Shown here: piece by piece, positions 13,452 to 27,880 of the stretch
How the letters are laid out: every line of letters starts with the position of its first letter
Position numbering within the stretch: position 1 is the stretch's first letter
Program-made: the position numbers and the translations under genes
Notes under the pieces: generated by a model
What the model saw: only the letters and a program-made list of their open reading frames with translations
What the model was told of the DNA's origin: nothing
Databases searched by the model: none
DNA from: Octopus vulgaris
Taxonomy: Eukaryota
Assembly (NCBI GenBank): GCA_951406725.2
Contig: OX597822.1
Coordinates: forward strand, 73,160,001-73,224,000
Direction of reading: 5' to 3'
Length of the DNA: 64,000 nucleotides

Positions 13452-14106
13452 GAAGAGTAAATCCATATGCATTGCTTTTTTTGCACATGTTTTTGCCTGG
13501 GCTCCATTGGAAAGGAGAGAAAGAAAAAGAGAGAGATTCAAGCGTTAGTGGAAGATATGAATCTTTAAATTGCTTGGCTTTGCTTCACTTACTACACTTG
13601 AAATACCAACAGAGTTGTTATTGGAACATTTATAATATTGTAATAAATAAATGAAGTAAAAAGAAAGGGAAAAACAAATTTAAATGAATTAAATAATCAA
13701 TTATAAAGAGCAGAATGCTACAAAATGAGTAAACACTGTGTGAATTCACGCATTAAATATGAAGACGCTGAAAGGGATTTCACCAACGCAAAAAATAAGT
13801 ATATTATAGTGCAGTGCTAAATGGTATATTTGTTCGTATGCGAGATGTCATTGGATTGCAGTGTGCGAAAAAAATTCTGCCTCCATATTTAATCGAACGC
13901 CTAACTCATGCCAAGTAACCCTTTGCTGTCATTACAGCGTTCCATTGATGAATATACTTCTGTAAAATGATACAAATAAAATCAGAAAGAAAAACAGGAA
14001 ATTGCATTTCTCGCAGATCTATAATGTTGCATCCATATCATGAGATCAATAACTCTAGATAGATGTAATACCGATATTCCTATAGAAAAATTTAAGCGTG
14101 GCGTGA

Positions 14107-14700
<594 letters not shown>

Positions 14701-14737
14701 TAACATATATAAATATATATATATACATGTATGTATG

Positions 14738-14783
<46 letters not shown>

Positions 14784-14959
14784 GTGTGTGTGTGTGTATA
14801 TGTATATATATATGTGTGTATATATGTATATATATATGTATATGTATATAAATACATGTATATATATATGTATATATATAAATATATATATATATATGTA
14901 TATATATACACGTAGGTATTTGAATTGATACCTATGTATGTGTACGTATGCATGCATGT

Positions 14960-15061
<102 letters not shown>

Positions 15062-15216
15062 GCGTTTTGTGTGGACAATCGAATTAATCCGTAGTAAGGC
15101 CGTTCGTCTATTTAAGTTCACCTTGGTATCGTTATGCTATTCATAACATGAAAAGTTATTATGGACTACATTCGATGTCAGCTACAAAAATAATCTTACT
15201 ATTAAAATAACACACA

Positions 15217-15262
<46 letters not shown>

Positions 15263-15416
15263 AACAGGAAGAAGGAGAAGAATGGATGAGAAACGCATGA
15301 CGCAATGCAATTATCTTGACATATCACACGTAGAGAGAGAAATATTTTATGAACTAAAGCTTGAATTCAAACTTAATTTTTTCTTGCAACTTTTATATTA
15401 ATATCACTTGTAATGT

Positions 15417-15995
15417 CAAGGCGGCGAGCTGGCAGAATTGTTAGCACCCCGAGCAAATAATGCTTAATAACATTTCATCTGTCTTAACGCTCTGAGGTCA
15501 AATGTCGCCGAGGTCTACTTTGTTTTTCATCCTTTCGGGGCCGATAAATTAAGTACCAGTGACGCACTGGAGTCGATGTAATCGACTTAATCTCTTTGTC
15601 TGCCCTTGTTCGTCCCCTTTATGTTTAGCCCCTTGTGGACAATAAATAAATAAGAAACGTTAGCACGCCGGGCGAAATGCTTAGCGGTATTTCGTCTGTC
15701 TGTACGCTCTGAGTTCAAATTCCGCCGAGGTCGACTTTGTCTTTTATCCATTCGGGGTCGATCAATTAAGTACCAGTTGCGTACTGGGGTCGTTCTAATC
15801 GACTGGTCACTCTCCCAAAACTTTCGGGTCTTGTACCGACAGTAGAAAAGACGTTCCGAGGTCAAATTCTGCCGAGGTCTACTTTGCCATTCATCTTTTA
15901 GGGATCGATAAAATTAGTACCAGTTGAACAGTGGGGTCGATGTAAACGACAAGCCCCTCCCCACAAATTTCAGGCCTTGTGCCTAGAGTAGAGTA
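15417..15995 (+). mobile_element. tRNA-derived SINE family B (Deu/Nin-like central domain), multimeric
   Basis: Head ggcggcgagctggcagaa...; three repeats of g(a/g)(g/t)tcaaat..cgccgaggtc.actttg...catcctttcggggtcgataaattaagtaccagt. Confidence 0.8.
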
Positions 15996-17092
15996 GAATA
16001 TTACACGCAATATTAACACACCCTATAAATGAATGTATTGCTACATCAGTACCATGACATTCGCTTTTCATCAAATTTAAATTAAATTAGTCTTATTGCT
16101 AGTTTAAAAACAAAATAACCTTCCGGTGTATTAAGCCACGAAATAAAGGACATTATATTAATAAAAAACACCGAAGGGGAAAAGATGAAAAAACCATTTT
16201 GTTGTTATGGATGTTGAATTGCTTTCCACAATTAAATTACATTAGTTGAGACAATAAAATATTCAATTAGCTCATGTTAAAATTTGTGCAAGTTAGTTGC
16301 TTTGATTTGTAACTAGTTTATTCATTAAAAAAAGTGATTAGAATGAGGTGGCTAATGATTTTAAACTGGCGTTGAATGAAATCGATTCCATTATAAAATG
16401 ATAAACGCTTCTATTATATGAAGTCAAGGGCAACTGGCCTGTAAGTTGAGTTAAATTCTTTTTATACGTCGAGATGCTGATGAGCTTACAATAAGCACAT
16501 ATCAGACGACAGGCATATTGAGAGCATGGATAGTTAAGTAATGCCTTTAGTATCGCGGTGGTTGATAGTAGTATAAGTAACTTGGATGCAAATAAAAGAG
16601 AAGGGTTCAATTATTGTTAATGTTGAGTGTTTATATCCAAAAAAGAAGTATGCCTAGTGAACGTAGACTGTTGGTACGGCTCAAGTGCTTTAAACCGTGA
16701 GTGGGGCGTCGTCTAGATCGAAAACAAGAACTTGTTGGTATTAACATTAACGAAATTCTTCATTTACCAGATTAATGGAACATAATGTATATCCTCTTTC
16801 CCCTAACGTTTTCTCATTTTGTCCCGTAATTTTCTCGTTTTTTTTTTTTCTCATACTTCCTTAAGAAGTAGCCATATCATTTGATCCGGAACGCTCGCCA
16901 GTCTGTGCATGTTGTGCTATGCGTGACCATCTGGTTACTGCATTGTACGATCATGAAACTTGAAGTAGGTCACATACCTCTCATGTAATCATTAAATGAT
17001 ATTTATCGCACGCTGGATTGAGTACTTTTCGCTGATCCTTCCTGTAAGTGAACAGTATACTATGTATATATGCATGCACGTATGTATGTATG

Positions 17093-17123
<31 letters not shown>

Positions 17124-17137
17124 GTGTATGTGTATGT

Positions 17138-17173
<36 letters not shown>

Positions 17174-17552
17174 AATACGTTCTGATTCCTTCCATTCTTT
17201 CCGCTGATGATGTCACTGGGATTTATTCATTGATTATGTCTGCTGGAGAACTTAAAATAACTAGTAAACTAATTATTTAATTCACACACGAGTGAAATAC
17301 CTAATCACACATCGAGCATTCTGTTATATATATTACAATCAGTAGTATTTACCGATGCAGGAATAACTGCGTTGAGTTCCAGAGAAAGTGTCTGGGACAT
17401 ATATACCAGCATAAGTGAAGTGAAATAATTACAAACGGGAAAGAAACTAGGTTCTCAGTTCTGCACACTGGAGGCATACTTTTACTTTTACATTTTTTAA
17501 ATTGATTTTTAATTTTCTCTAAACGTAGAAAAACTTAACATTTTTGTAGCTT

Positions 17553-18590
17553 GGTTAGAATCGTTAACATGCCTGACAAAATGCTTAGCAGCATTCGTCC
17601 GTCTTCACGTTCTGTGTTGAAATTCCCCCGAGGTGGACTTTGCCTTTGTTCCCTTTGAGTTGAATACTGGGATCAATGTAACTGATTTATCCCCACCCCT
17701 AAAATTACTGGCCCTGTACCAACATTTGAAATCACTATTTTTGCAGCTTGCTTCATATTACTATTTCTTTTAACGGTTTTATTACTCCATTTTGTTATTT
17801 GAATAGGTATAATCTAATAGTAATCAATGAGTCGTTTAATAAATTCCTGCTCTTTACTAAAGAGGTAGCCTTCAATATTGTATTTTCCTGCAGGCGGCCT
17901 GCAGCCATGCGAAATGCTGAGCGCTATTTCGTCTGTTTTTATGTTCTGAGTTCAAATTCCGCCGAGGTCAACTTTGCCTTTCATCCTTTCGGGGTCGATA
18001 AATTAAATACCAGTTGCGTAATGGGTCTATCTAATCGAGTGGCTCCTTCCCCCAAAATTTCGTGCCGAGTGTCTAGAGTAGAAAAGTATATTTAAAGGCG
18101 GTGGGCTGGCAGAAACGTTTACACGCCGGGCGAAATGCTTAGCAGTATTTCGTCTGCCGAGTTCAAATTCCGCCGAGGTCGACTTTGCATTTCATTCTTT
18201 CGACTTGATCCGTTTGTCTGTCCTTGTTTGTCCTCTCTGTGTTTAGCTCCTTGTGGGTAGTAAAGAAATAGGTATTTCGTCTGTCTTTACGTTCCGAGTT
18301 CGAATTCCACCGTGGTCGACTTTGCCTTTCATCCATCGGGATCGATAAATTAAGTACTAGTTGCGTACTGGGTCTTGTGCCTAGAGTAGAAAATAATAGT
18401 GTATTATCCTAAGGCGGCGAGCTGGTAAAAATGGTTCACATCCTGAGTTCAAATTTCGCTGAGGTCGACTTTGCCTTTCGCCCCTTTCAGCGTCAATAAA
18501 ATAAGTACCAATTGAACAAGGAGTCGATGTAATCGACTTATCTCCTTCCCCGAACATACCGGCCTTGTGCCAAATTTGGAAACCAATATT
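17553..18590 (+). mobile_element. Cluster of SINE family B copies and fragments
   Basis: Repeated gagttcaaattccgccgaggtcgactttgcc motif at ~17620, 17950, 18160, 18298 and 18445. Confidence 0.8.
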
Positions 18591-19722
18591 GTATTGTCGT
18601 GGATTGCATCATCAAAGTCAATTAAATGAATCCAAAAACATTAATGTAATTAATGAAATGTATACCGCAAGAATTTATGTGGAATGGTTCGAATGAAAAC
18701 TTATATTTATTTTGTTTAAAACGAAGGGAAGTAGTTCAGAAAGATTGCTCAATATGGACAGAAAATTTTCGTTTGAAATTTAAATAAGTTTTAAGAAATA
18801 CTTGACTACTTATAACATTTATATTGGTACTTCTTTTGCTAATACTACTAGAACGGAAATGAATAATATAACTGTTTCGGTGTTAAATATACAGAAAGAC
18901 GAATTGAAATTCAATGATAATTATCCGGTGAATGACATTTAATAAATTAAGATGGAACGTATGCACATTTTCTTGTGTTTCGAGAGAAGAACAAAATGGA
19001 ATAGAATTCCAAAGCTTAGTATTATATTGGACATTGCTTCAACATCTCAAATAATGTAACGGACATTGTTTGTAGAGATCATCCATTCATCTAACTGGTC
19101 TCACAGACTGTTGTTCATTAAACAAGTAACTCATTCTATTTATTCGTCCTCATCAATTGTTTCTTCTCGTGGAAGAGTCGTATTAATGAGAGAGCAGAGT
19201 TCAACTGAGTTACGATCATTGTCCGTTTCCCTTCGAACTTCATATATTTACCGAACAAAATTCAAAGCATGTTGCAGTGCATACATAAATCTGCAAAAAT
19301 AAATACATTAGCTCTTTTCCACTTTCTAGACAACTAGGCAACGACATTCTTTTTGAAATACTCGTCTACATAATCAGATTCTGAAGCACTTCTGGATTTA
19401 AATCCGTATCCAATATTTTATCTCTCAACTTCGCTGGTTAACATTGCTCGCATTGAAAGCGTCAAATAAATTAACCACCATTTTCTGTTTATATTGAACA
19501 ACGGAATATATTCTCCTTCGGATAAGAGAGATGGCAGAGTCTGAAAGAGTGTATGGCAATATCACACAATTTTAAACAGAAATTTGTAAACGAAATAGAA
19601 GATGATTATTAATGGAATTGTTTTATTTTAAAGATAAATAATCTTTACTCTGGTCAACCGATATGATCACACCATGTATTCATAAGTTGCTTAGAATGGA
19701 GATTATTTATCATATATATATT

Positions 19723-19755
<33 letters not shown>

Positions 19756-19770
19756 ATAGGATATATTTAC

Positions 19771-19806
<36 letters not shown>

Positions 19807-19818
19807 ACAGGATATATT

Positions 19819-20298
<480 letters not shown>

Positions 20299-20399
20299 TG
20301 TATGTATGTATGTATGTATGTATGTATGTATGTATGTATGTATGTATGTATGTATGTATGTATGTATGTATGTATGTATGTATGTATGTATGTATGTAG

Positions 20400-21095
20400 G
20401 AGGTGTATTCCTGACGTTTTAAGACTTCGTTTAGGAGAAACAGTTATAACTGTCCTAGATTTTTGTAATTTTAGAATATCATTACTATTCATCAAACAAG
20501 CTGACCTGCCAGTTTTTGTCACTGAAAATTGAAGGACACATCTGTAACAGCGCTTTGAAAACCCCTTACTGGATACTGCTTGTCACAGCTGATTAGCTTG
20601 CAGAATACAGTCGGGACATTTCGAAGCTCACTTTGTAATAAAACTTTGTATTAAACTGGGCAAAAACACTGCATAAATTTATGCAATGCTCTACATTAAT
20701 ATACATTAACTATTTTTATTGGCACAGGAGAGTCAAGAGTGGTAGAGAGAAGGTGACAGATGATGAGTTGTGTGGAAGGGAGAGAGTTTGTCAGAACATC
20801 AAACTCGAACGAGAAAATTTGCGTCTTGTGTTTATAAAGACAATAAACATTACAATTTAGTGTGGCAATTGTACACAGAATTATCCATGAAGAACTTAAC
20901 GTGAGTAAAAATTTGTGTAGAGATTATTCTCAAGGTGCTCAGCGACGAATACCCTGTTAATCAATCGATTGACAGAAATTGGTATCAGAACTGTCCTTCA
21001 TCCCCCCTAAGGTCCAAAACTTGCTTCCGCTAACTTTTGATTTTTCCCGAAGCTCAATGAGAAACTTAGCGGCCATCGTTTTGAAGAGTAAGGGG
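20400..21095 (+). mobile_element. Mariner transposase relic
   Basis: Degraded translation: KLCIKLGKNTA*IYAML, WHRRVKSGREKVTDDE (HTH region) and VLHPP*GPKLASANF*FFPKL..L.GHRFEE (HPPYSPDLAP region). Confidence 0.7.
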
Positions 21096-21119
21096 TCCTG
21101 TATATATATATATATATAT

Positions 21120-21681
21120 TTGGTGAAATAGAAAGATGAATAATCTTGTTGCAGATTAATCAAAAGTTTAACCGATACCTTGGTAGCAAAAATCACGGCA
21201 GAAAACAGCACGGTTGGAGGTACAACCATATGGTGTTGCAACCGTGCGTTGGTGCGGATAATTGAATTTTAATATTATTAGTGAATTGAAGAAATGGAGT
21301 TGAACGAAGATTGAACAGAAATCGTTTTATTGCATTCTACACGTGTTTCGAAAGCCACAATTTACCAAATTCCGATTGAATAAGGAGACCATATTGTGTC
21401 TTTCTCTTCAGGAAGAAATAGGAATTCCGTTGGCAAAAACAAAAACAAAAACAAAAACAGAACAGAGGCGCAGCAAAACAAATCGAACGAGGCTCCTAAG
21501 AGCCCATGGCCAAACTGTTTTTGTTTTTGCCAACGGAATTCCTATTTCTTCCTGAAGAGAAAGACACAATATGGTCTCCTTATTCAATCGGAATTTGGTA
21601 AATTGTGGCTTTCGAAACACGTGTAGAATGCAATAAAACGATTTCTGTTCAATCTTCGTTCAACTCCATTTCTTCAATTCA

Positions 21682-21683
<2 letters not shown>
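21120..21683. mobile_element. Penelope-like terminal fragment with an inverted pseudo-LTR
   Basis: Near-perfect inverted repeat 21280-~21446 / ~21513-21683; each arm carries a hammerhead core followed by AATAAA; flanked by (TA)n. Confidence 0.65.
21549..21628 (+). ncRNA. Type I hammerhead ribozyme motif (mirror copy on the - strand at 21335-21414)
   Basis: CTGAAGA at 21552-21558; long stem II gaaagacacaat/attgtggctttc; GAAA at 21614-21617; palindromic stem III ACACGTGT; GUA cleavage triplet; stem I ttc/gaa. Confidence 0.7.
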
Positions 21684-21752
<69 letters not shown>

Positions 21753-21924
21753 ATATATTTGAGGTATATTTGCCATCTCAATATGGCTAACCACTAAGGG
21801 TGGGTGTTACTGTAGCTTGTAGCCCCAGGAGAACATCTCCTCCATCCTGGCTCTAGGCACACTTCCTGTGCTCTATCAGTATTTGCAAAGGGAGGTCATC
21901 CTTCCCGCGTCAACCTAAGTGATA

Positions 21925-21969
21925 CGCACGGAGTGCAGTTTCTGGGTCTTGACCCGTCATCAGCGTACG
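21925..21969 (-). ncRNA. Type I hammerhead ribozyme motif
   Basis: Minus strand cgtacg-CTGATGA-cgggtcaagaccca-GAAA-ctgcactc-cgtgcg: 6-bp stem I, gggtc/gaccc stem II, and a near-palindromic stem III with one mismatch. Confidence 0.72.
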
Positions 21970-21989
21970 ACAATCACCGGTTTTCGATG

Positions 21990-22052
<63 letters not shown>

Positions 22053-23119
22053 TATATTATATTATATTGTATCATATCATATTATATATATATACTATAT
22101 ATGTATTATATATCTCATGTGCATTATATATAAATAGATGTGTGGTGGGTACGTGTGTGTGTGTGTGTTTGTGTTGTGAACCACTATCTATACGGAACGT
22201 TAGTGAGATGAAAGCTAATCTTTGATAAAAGGTGATAGATAAGTTATATTATATATCCTCGAGACAATATCCAGTCCTTTGAATGACTAAACCTTTTCAA
22301 TACATCGAATCGGGGTAAGTCATGATTTTTTCTAGTTTATTATTTTTTATTTTATTTATTTATTTATTTATTTTTAACTAAATACTACTGCTCTGGTGAG
22401 ATATTTCGCTGTCTTTTCTTGTCGATAATCTGTCAATATCAAATTGATTAACAGAGCTGTGCAACCTAGCATTTCAAACACAATTTCCTATGATGCAAGT
22501 CATGTTTTTTTTTGTCTTCTTATCTTCGTTTTCTTTCTTTTTTTTTTTTTGAAAGAATTGTGTTATAATTCTGTTCTTATTGCTTGTTTAATCTATGTCT
22601 TAGATAAAGCTTAAATCAAACAGTATTGTTACCTGTTGCAGTTTTGGAGATATTTTCTTTTCACTAAGCTTTGTGTGCACTGTGTGTCGTGTGTATGTGT
22701 GAGTGTGTGTGTGCATGTGCATATGCTTTTGTGAGTGTATGTGTATATATCTGTTTCTTTTGTAGACATGTTTTACGAATGAAAAGAATTGTTATTCTCA
22801 CATGCGTCTAAAGACTTAATGTCCATATTCTGTATTAGGATATTTCTTCTCCTCCTCTTTCAGCTTCTTCTCATTCTGCTTTTTTCTTCGTTCTCTTCTA
22901 CTACTCTTCTTCGTTCTCTTCTACTACTCTTCATCCTCCTCTTCACTTCTTTTCATCTTCCACTTCATTTTCTTCTTCATTTCCTATCATTATCATTTAC
23001 GTTCTGAGTTCAAAACCTGGTGAGGTCGACTTTGCCTTTCATCCTTCCGGGGTCGACAAAATAACTATTTGTTGAGAACTGGATCCACCAAATGACTATA
23101 TTCCGAAAACTCTTTGAAT

Positions 23120-23505
23120 CGTGCCGGTTCGTTTGGGTCCCTTCTATCATCCCTTTTATGTACAGATGGTCAGACTAATGCTGAGATGTTGAGAGGCGTC
23201 CTCTACGAGTTGTGGCTTGAGAAGACCATGTCGTCGTATGCGGAGAAAGTTGCAGTAATAGTGTGGAATCTCGTGGAAATGGAGTAGGTTATAGTTCTAG
23301 GTGAAAGCTAGAGAATCACAAGAGTAAAAGACCAACATGGATAAGTCAGTGGTCTTTCCGTTCGGCACTTAAAGAGGTAAGCCTATGTCATCATGATGTG
23401 CTGGATAGATTCACTGATTAACTTCCTTGGAGTTTGGTACGGTCCTGATCTCCACGGGGTAGGAGCTACGATAAGGTCTCGGACAGGGTGGCTAACCACT
23501 CCCAT
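23120..23505 (+). mobile_element. Degraded L1/Tx1-like reverse transcriptase fragment
   Basis: Remnants SSYAEKVAVIV (YADD region), TNMDKSV, LGVWYGPDL; many stops and frameshifts. Confidence 0.55.
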
Positions 23506-23720
23506 CAAAAATTTATCAGGGTCGATAAATTAAGTACCAGTTGCGTACTGGGATTGATCTAATCGACTGGCTCCCTCCCCCAAAATTTCCAGCGATGTGC
23601 CTAGAGCAGAAAAAAAAAAACTATTACCAAACCTTGAAGCTGCAAATATCGCTGATGTTGTTAGGATGGAGAAAACATGCCAAGTAGTTGAATTCCTTCT
23701 CCTATTTCTTTTGGAGTGTG

Positions 23721-24000
23721 GAGGCACATGGCCTAGTGGTTAGAGCAGCGGACTCGCGGTCGAGGAATCGCGGGTTCGAATCTCAGACCGGGTAATATGT
23801 GTGTTTATGAGCGAAACACCTAAGCTCCACGCGGCTCCTGCAGAAGGTAATGGCGAACTTCTGCTGACTCTTTCGCCGCAACTTTCTCTCACTCTTTCCT
23901 CCTGCATCTTGCAGCTCACCTGCGACGGACTGGTGTCCCGTCCAGGTGGGGAACCTATACGCCAAGGAAACCGAGAAACTGGTCCTTATGAGCCAGGGAT
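23721..24000 (+). mobile_element. tRNA-derived SINE with V-domain-like core (V-SINE-like)
   Basis: tggcctagtggttag (A box), ggttcgaatc (B box); cctgcgacggactggtgtcccgtccagg resembles the V-SINE conserved block. Confidence 0.7.
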
Positions 24001-24600
24001 GGTTCGAGAAGGAACAAACAATTTCTTTTGGAAATATAGTAATTGATTGCTCCTCAACTCCAATAATTCCACCTTGGACAAATTCTTTAAAGGCAACTCG
24101 ATTATTGGCCACCGAAGAGACTAAAGAAGACCCACATTCAGAGTTATACCAATGTGTAAAACGAATACGACTATAATTAATTTTCATAGTTTTCTGACTC
24201 ACCCCAAATCCATTGAGAAGCTGATTTAGTTCAGGCAATTTACGTTTTCTTGCTTACATGAGTTCATTTCATGTGAAAAGTTCCCTGATATGCATACAAG
24301 TAACATAGTCATACGCATTAATTATACTTTTATCTTCAAATGTGTTTACATCTCTGTGTATATAAACAAATACATGTCTATATTTTGAGATTGCATGTAA
24401 TTGTATGTATGCGTGTGTGTTTATAAATATAAATGTGTGTGTGTGTACACACATATATACACACCATAGATATGTATCTATATATAATATATATATACTT
24501 ATATATATATATATATACATATATCATACATGTAAATATATATTATATATATATTATACATATATATATAATATATGTATTATATATAATTTGTATATGT

Positions 24601-24661
<61 letters not shown>

Positions 24662-24829
24662 TGTATACATTATTTATGTATATATAATATATATGTATAT
24701 ATATGTATATATATTATATGTGTATATATCATATATATATACATGTATGTTATATACATTTTATATATATATATAAAATATATGTAATATATATATATAC
24801 ATATATATATGTTATACATACACACACAA

Positions 24830-24870
<41 letters not shown>

Positions 24871-25614
24871 CAAACACACACAAACACATACACATACATA
24901 CATATATATATATATATGCGTGTTAAATTTTGTATGTATGTGCTTGTTGGTGTTCTTTGCGAGGTTTTATGCATAAAATCATTGCTTTTGTTTGACGAAA
25001 TAATAACTTGATGAAAACATTATCCCTAATATTTCAGCCTTCGATGTTTTCCATAAGTGCCAATTATTTGCGATGTTCCAGTGGCACGTTTCAGTTTGTT
25101 CTATACTGTGTAAATTCAAACGATTTTATCTACTTCCCTCAATCTCTGATCTTGAAACATTAAAGGGTTAAACTCTGATGTAATCCTAGGAAGCTTTGAT
25201 ATTATTATCAGCAACAAAAAACTAATATTTTACTGATAACACACTGAAGCTATCTTCGTTTAGAGAAAATGTTATCTGATTAAATTTATCAGGAAAATAA
25301 GAACGTATAGCAAAATCACTGCTTTAACCCTAAATTGCATATAAAACTGGCTTTATTTTTGCTATAGTTGCATCACACATAAATAAATATATATCAGCCT
25401 CAATATGCTTCCAGCATTGGTTCGTACCGAGTACTTTTATGCTTGCTAGCGAAAACAGACCAAAAACAGATCAAAATTATATGCACGCACACGCGCACAC
25501 ACACACACACATACTCACACACACACACACACATACTCACACACACACACACACATATATACATATGCACACACATACACATAATGAGAGTGACATGCAG
25601 AGAAACAGACAGTT

Positions 25615-25667
<53 letters not shown>

Positions 25668-25959
25668 CATACATACATACATACATAGATAGACAAAAAC
25701 ATACATATATACTTACGCTTAGTAATGTGTATTTGCATGTATATATATATGCACACACATTCTATATATATATATATGTGTATATATATATATGCATATA
25801 TATATACACAAAGTACACAACTATACATATATATTTGTGTGCATGGATGTGTGTGTGTGTGCGTGATCAAATATACATGTGTACACATGTACATTTGATC
25901 ATGTACATGATTATAAATATATATATATACATACATACATACATATTTGTATGTATATA

Positions 25960-26030
<71 letters not shown>

Positions 26031-26949
26031 ATATACGTATGTATTTGATGTAGAGAGAGAGAGAGAGAGAGAGAGATATGCTCATACTAGTCCACACTGT
26101 GTGCTAGTTATTCAACTGTTATTTAACAATAGACAAAAACAAAGGAATACAAATATTACTAAAGGTTAAACAGTTTTGAAGCCAAAAATTTCAGCATGAA
26201 ACAATGTATCAAAACCCACTAAGCCGACAGATCACACGCAACAGAGCACTTCCATCGCATAGGTAGGTCACATCTATCTGGAAAATACACATTAAACAAA
26301 TGAGTTATATTTGACACGAAGATCACATGTAGAGAATGATTAACTCGAACGGATAAAATCACAGCCTACAGAATATTAAATCCGACAGCAATATGGCAAC
26401 AAACACAACGCACTGTCAAAAGTTGAAACACATCCTACGAGCGAATTATATCCACAGCGAGATTACATCAAGGCATCAGATCGCAATCGAGAAGCAAGTA
26501 TTTAACAGTTGGATCCTATTCGATAGGCTGCCCTCGTGTAACCTTTATCGCGTCCTTTTTTAACCTTTATCTCGTACTTGTTTCAGCCACTGAAATGCTG
26601 CGATACTGGGGCACCGTCAAGAAGAGTACCTATATTTTTTTTCAAATCTGGCGCTTATTCTATTGGTCTCTTTTGCTAAACTGCTAGGCTAGGAGGACGT
26701 GAACAAACCAACACCGATTTTCAAGCAACGAGTGAAGACACACTCGGACACGCGCACAAATACACACTAACATATATATATATGTATATATATATATATG
26801 TGTGTGTGTGTATATGTATATATATATATATATATGTGTGTATGTATATATATATAAATGTATATATACATATATGCATATATGTAAATATACATACATA
26901 CATATATATATACACATATATATATACATATAAATATTCATATATATAC

Positions 26950-26997
<48 letters not shown>

Positions 26998-27351
26998 CAC
27001 CAAACGGTATACATATATCATATAATATACCCCGAATTTATATAATATATATATATACATATATATAATATTATATTATAATACATATATATATAATATT
27101 ATATATACATATATATATAATTATATATACATATATATATAATATTATATTATATATACATATATATATAATATTATATTATATATACATATATATATAT
27201 TATATATACATATATATATAATATTATATATTAAATATATATATAATATTATATTATATATACATATATATATAATATTATATATATATATATATATTAT
27301 ATATATATAACTATACATATAATATTATAATATATATACATATATATATAT

Positions 27352-27412
27352 GATTGATTGATTGATTCTAGTTTCAGCTCACGGGCTGTGGCCATGCTGG
27401 GGCACCGCCATT
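27352..27412 (-). mobile_element. Solo 3' end of the CR1-group LINE
   Basis: gattgattgattgattctagtttcagctcacgggctgtggccatgctggggcaccgccattt is nearly identical to 10384-10446. Confidence 0.8.
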
Positions 27413-27704
27413 TATATATATATATGATATTATATTATATATATACGTATATATATAATATTATATAACAGGCTTCTTCACAGTTTCGGTGAAATTCTCT
27501 AACAAGGATTGGTCGGCTCGGGCCTTTTGTAAAAGCACTTGTCCATGCTGCCGCGCAGTAGAGTTGACGGTAGGTTGAACCCGGAACCATATGAATGCTA
27601 AGCGAGCACATGATCACATGTTCAAGTTAGTCTGGAGAGACAACATTTCGCAATTCCTCCAAGACTGCTGATACTTACCCTCAATATTCATAAAAGAATG
27701 AGCG

Positions 27705-27880
27705 CGACGAGCTATCAGAATGGTTAGCATGCCGGTGAAAATTCCTGGCAATATTTCGTCCGTCTTTACGTTCTGATTTCGGATTCCGCCGAGGTCGACT
27801 TTACCCTTTTCCCTTTCGAAATGGATTAAATTATTACCAGCTGAACCCTGGGATCAATGTAATTAATTTCACCCCTCACC
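27705..27880 (+). mobile_element. SINE family B copy (others at ~22995-23060, 23515-23615, 35670-35785, 40045-40225, 43830-43950, 44190-44370)
   Basis: ttccgccgaggtcgacttt and gtcgataaattaagtaccag motifs. Confidence 0.7.

Noticed and set aside
21783-21860. Possible twister ribozyme (ggctacaagc motif on the minus strand)
   Set aside because: I could not build P2 and both pseudoknots in the required order.
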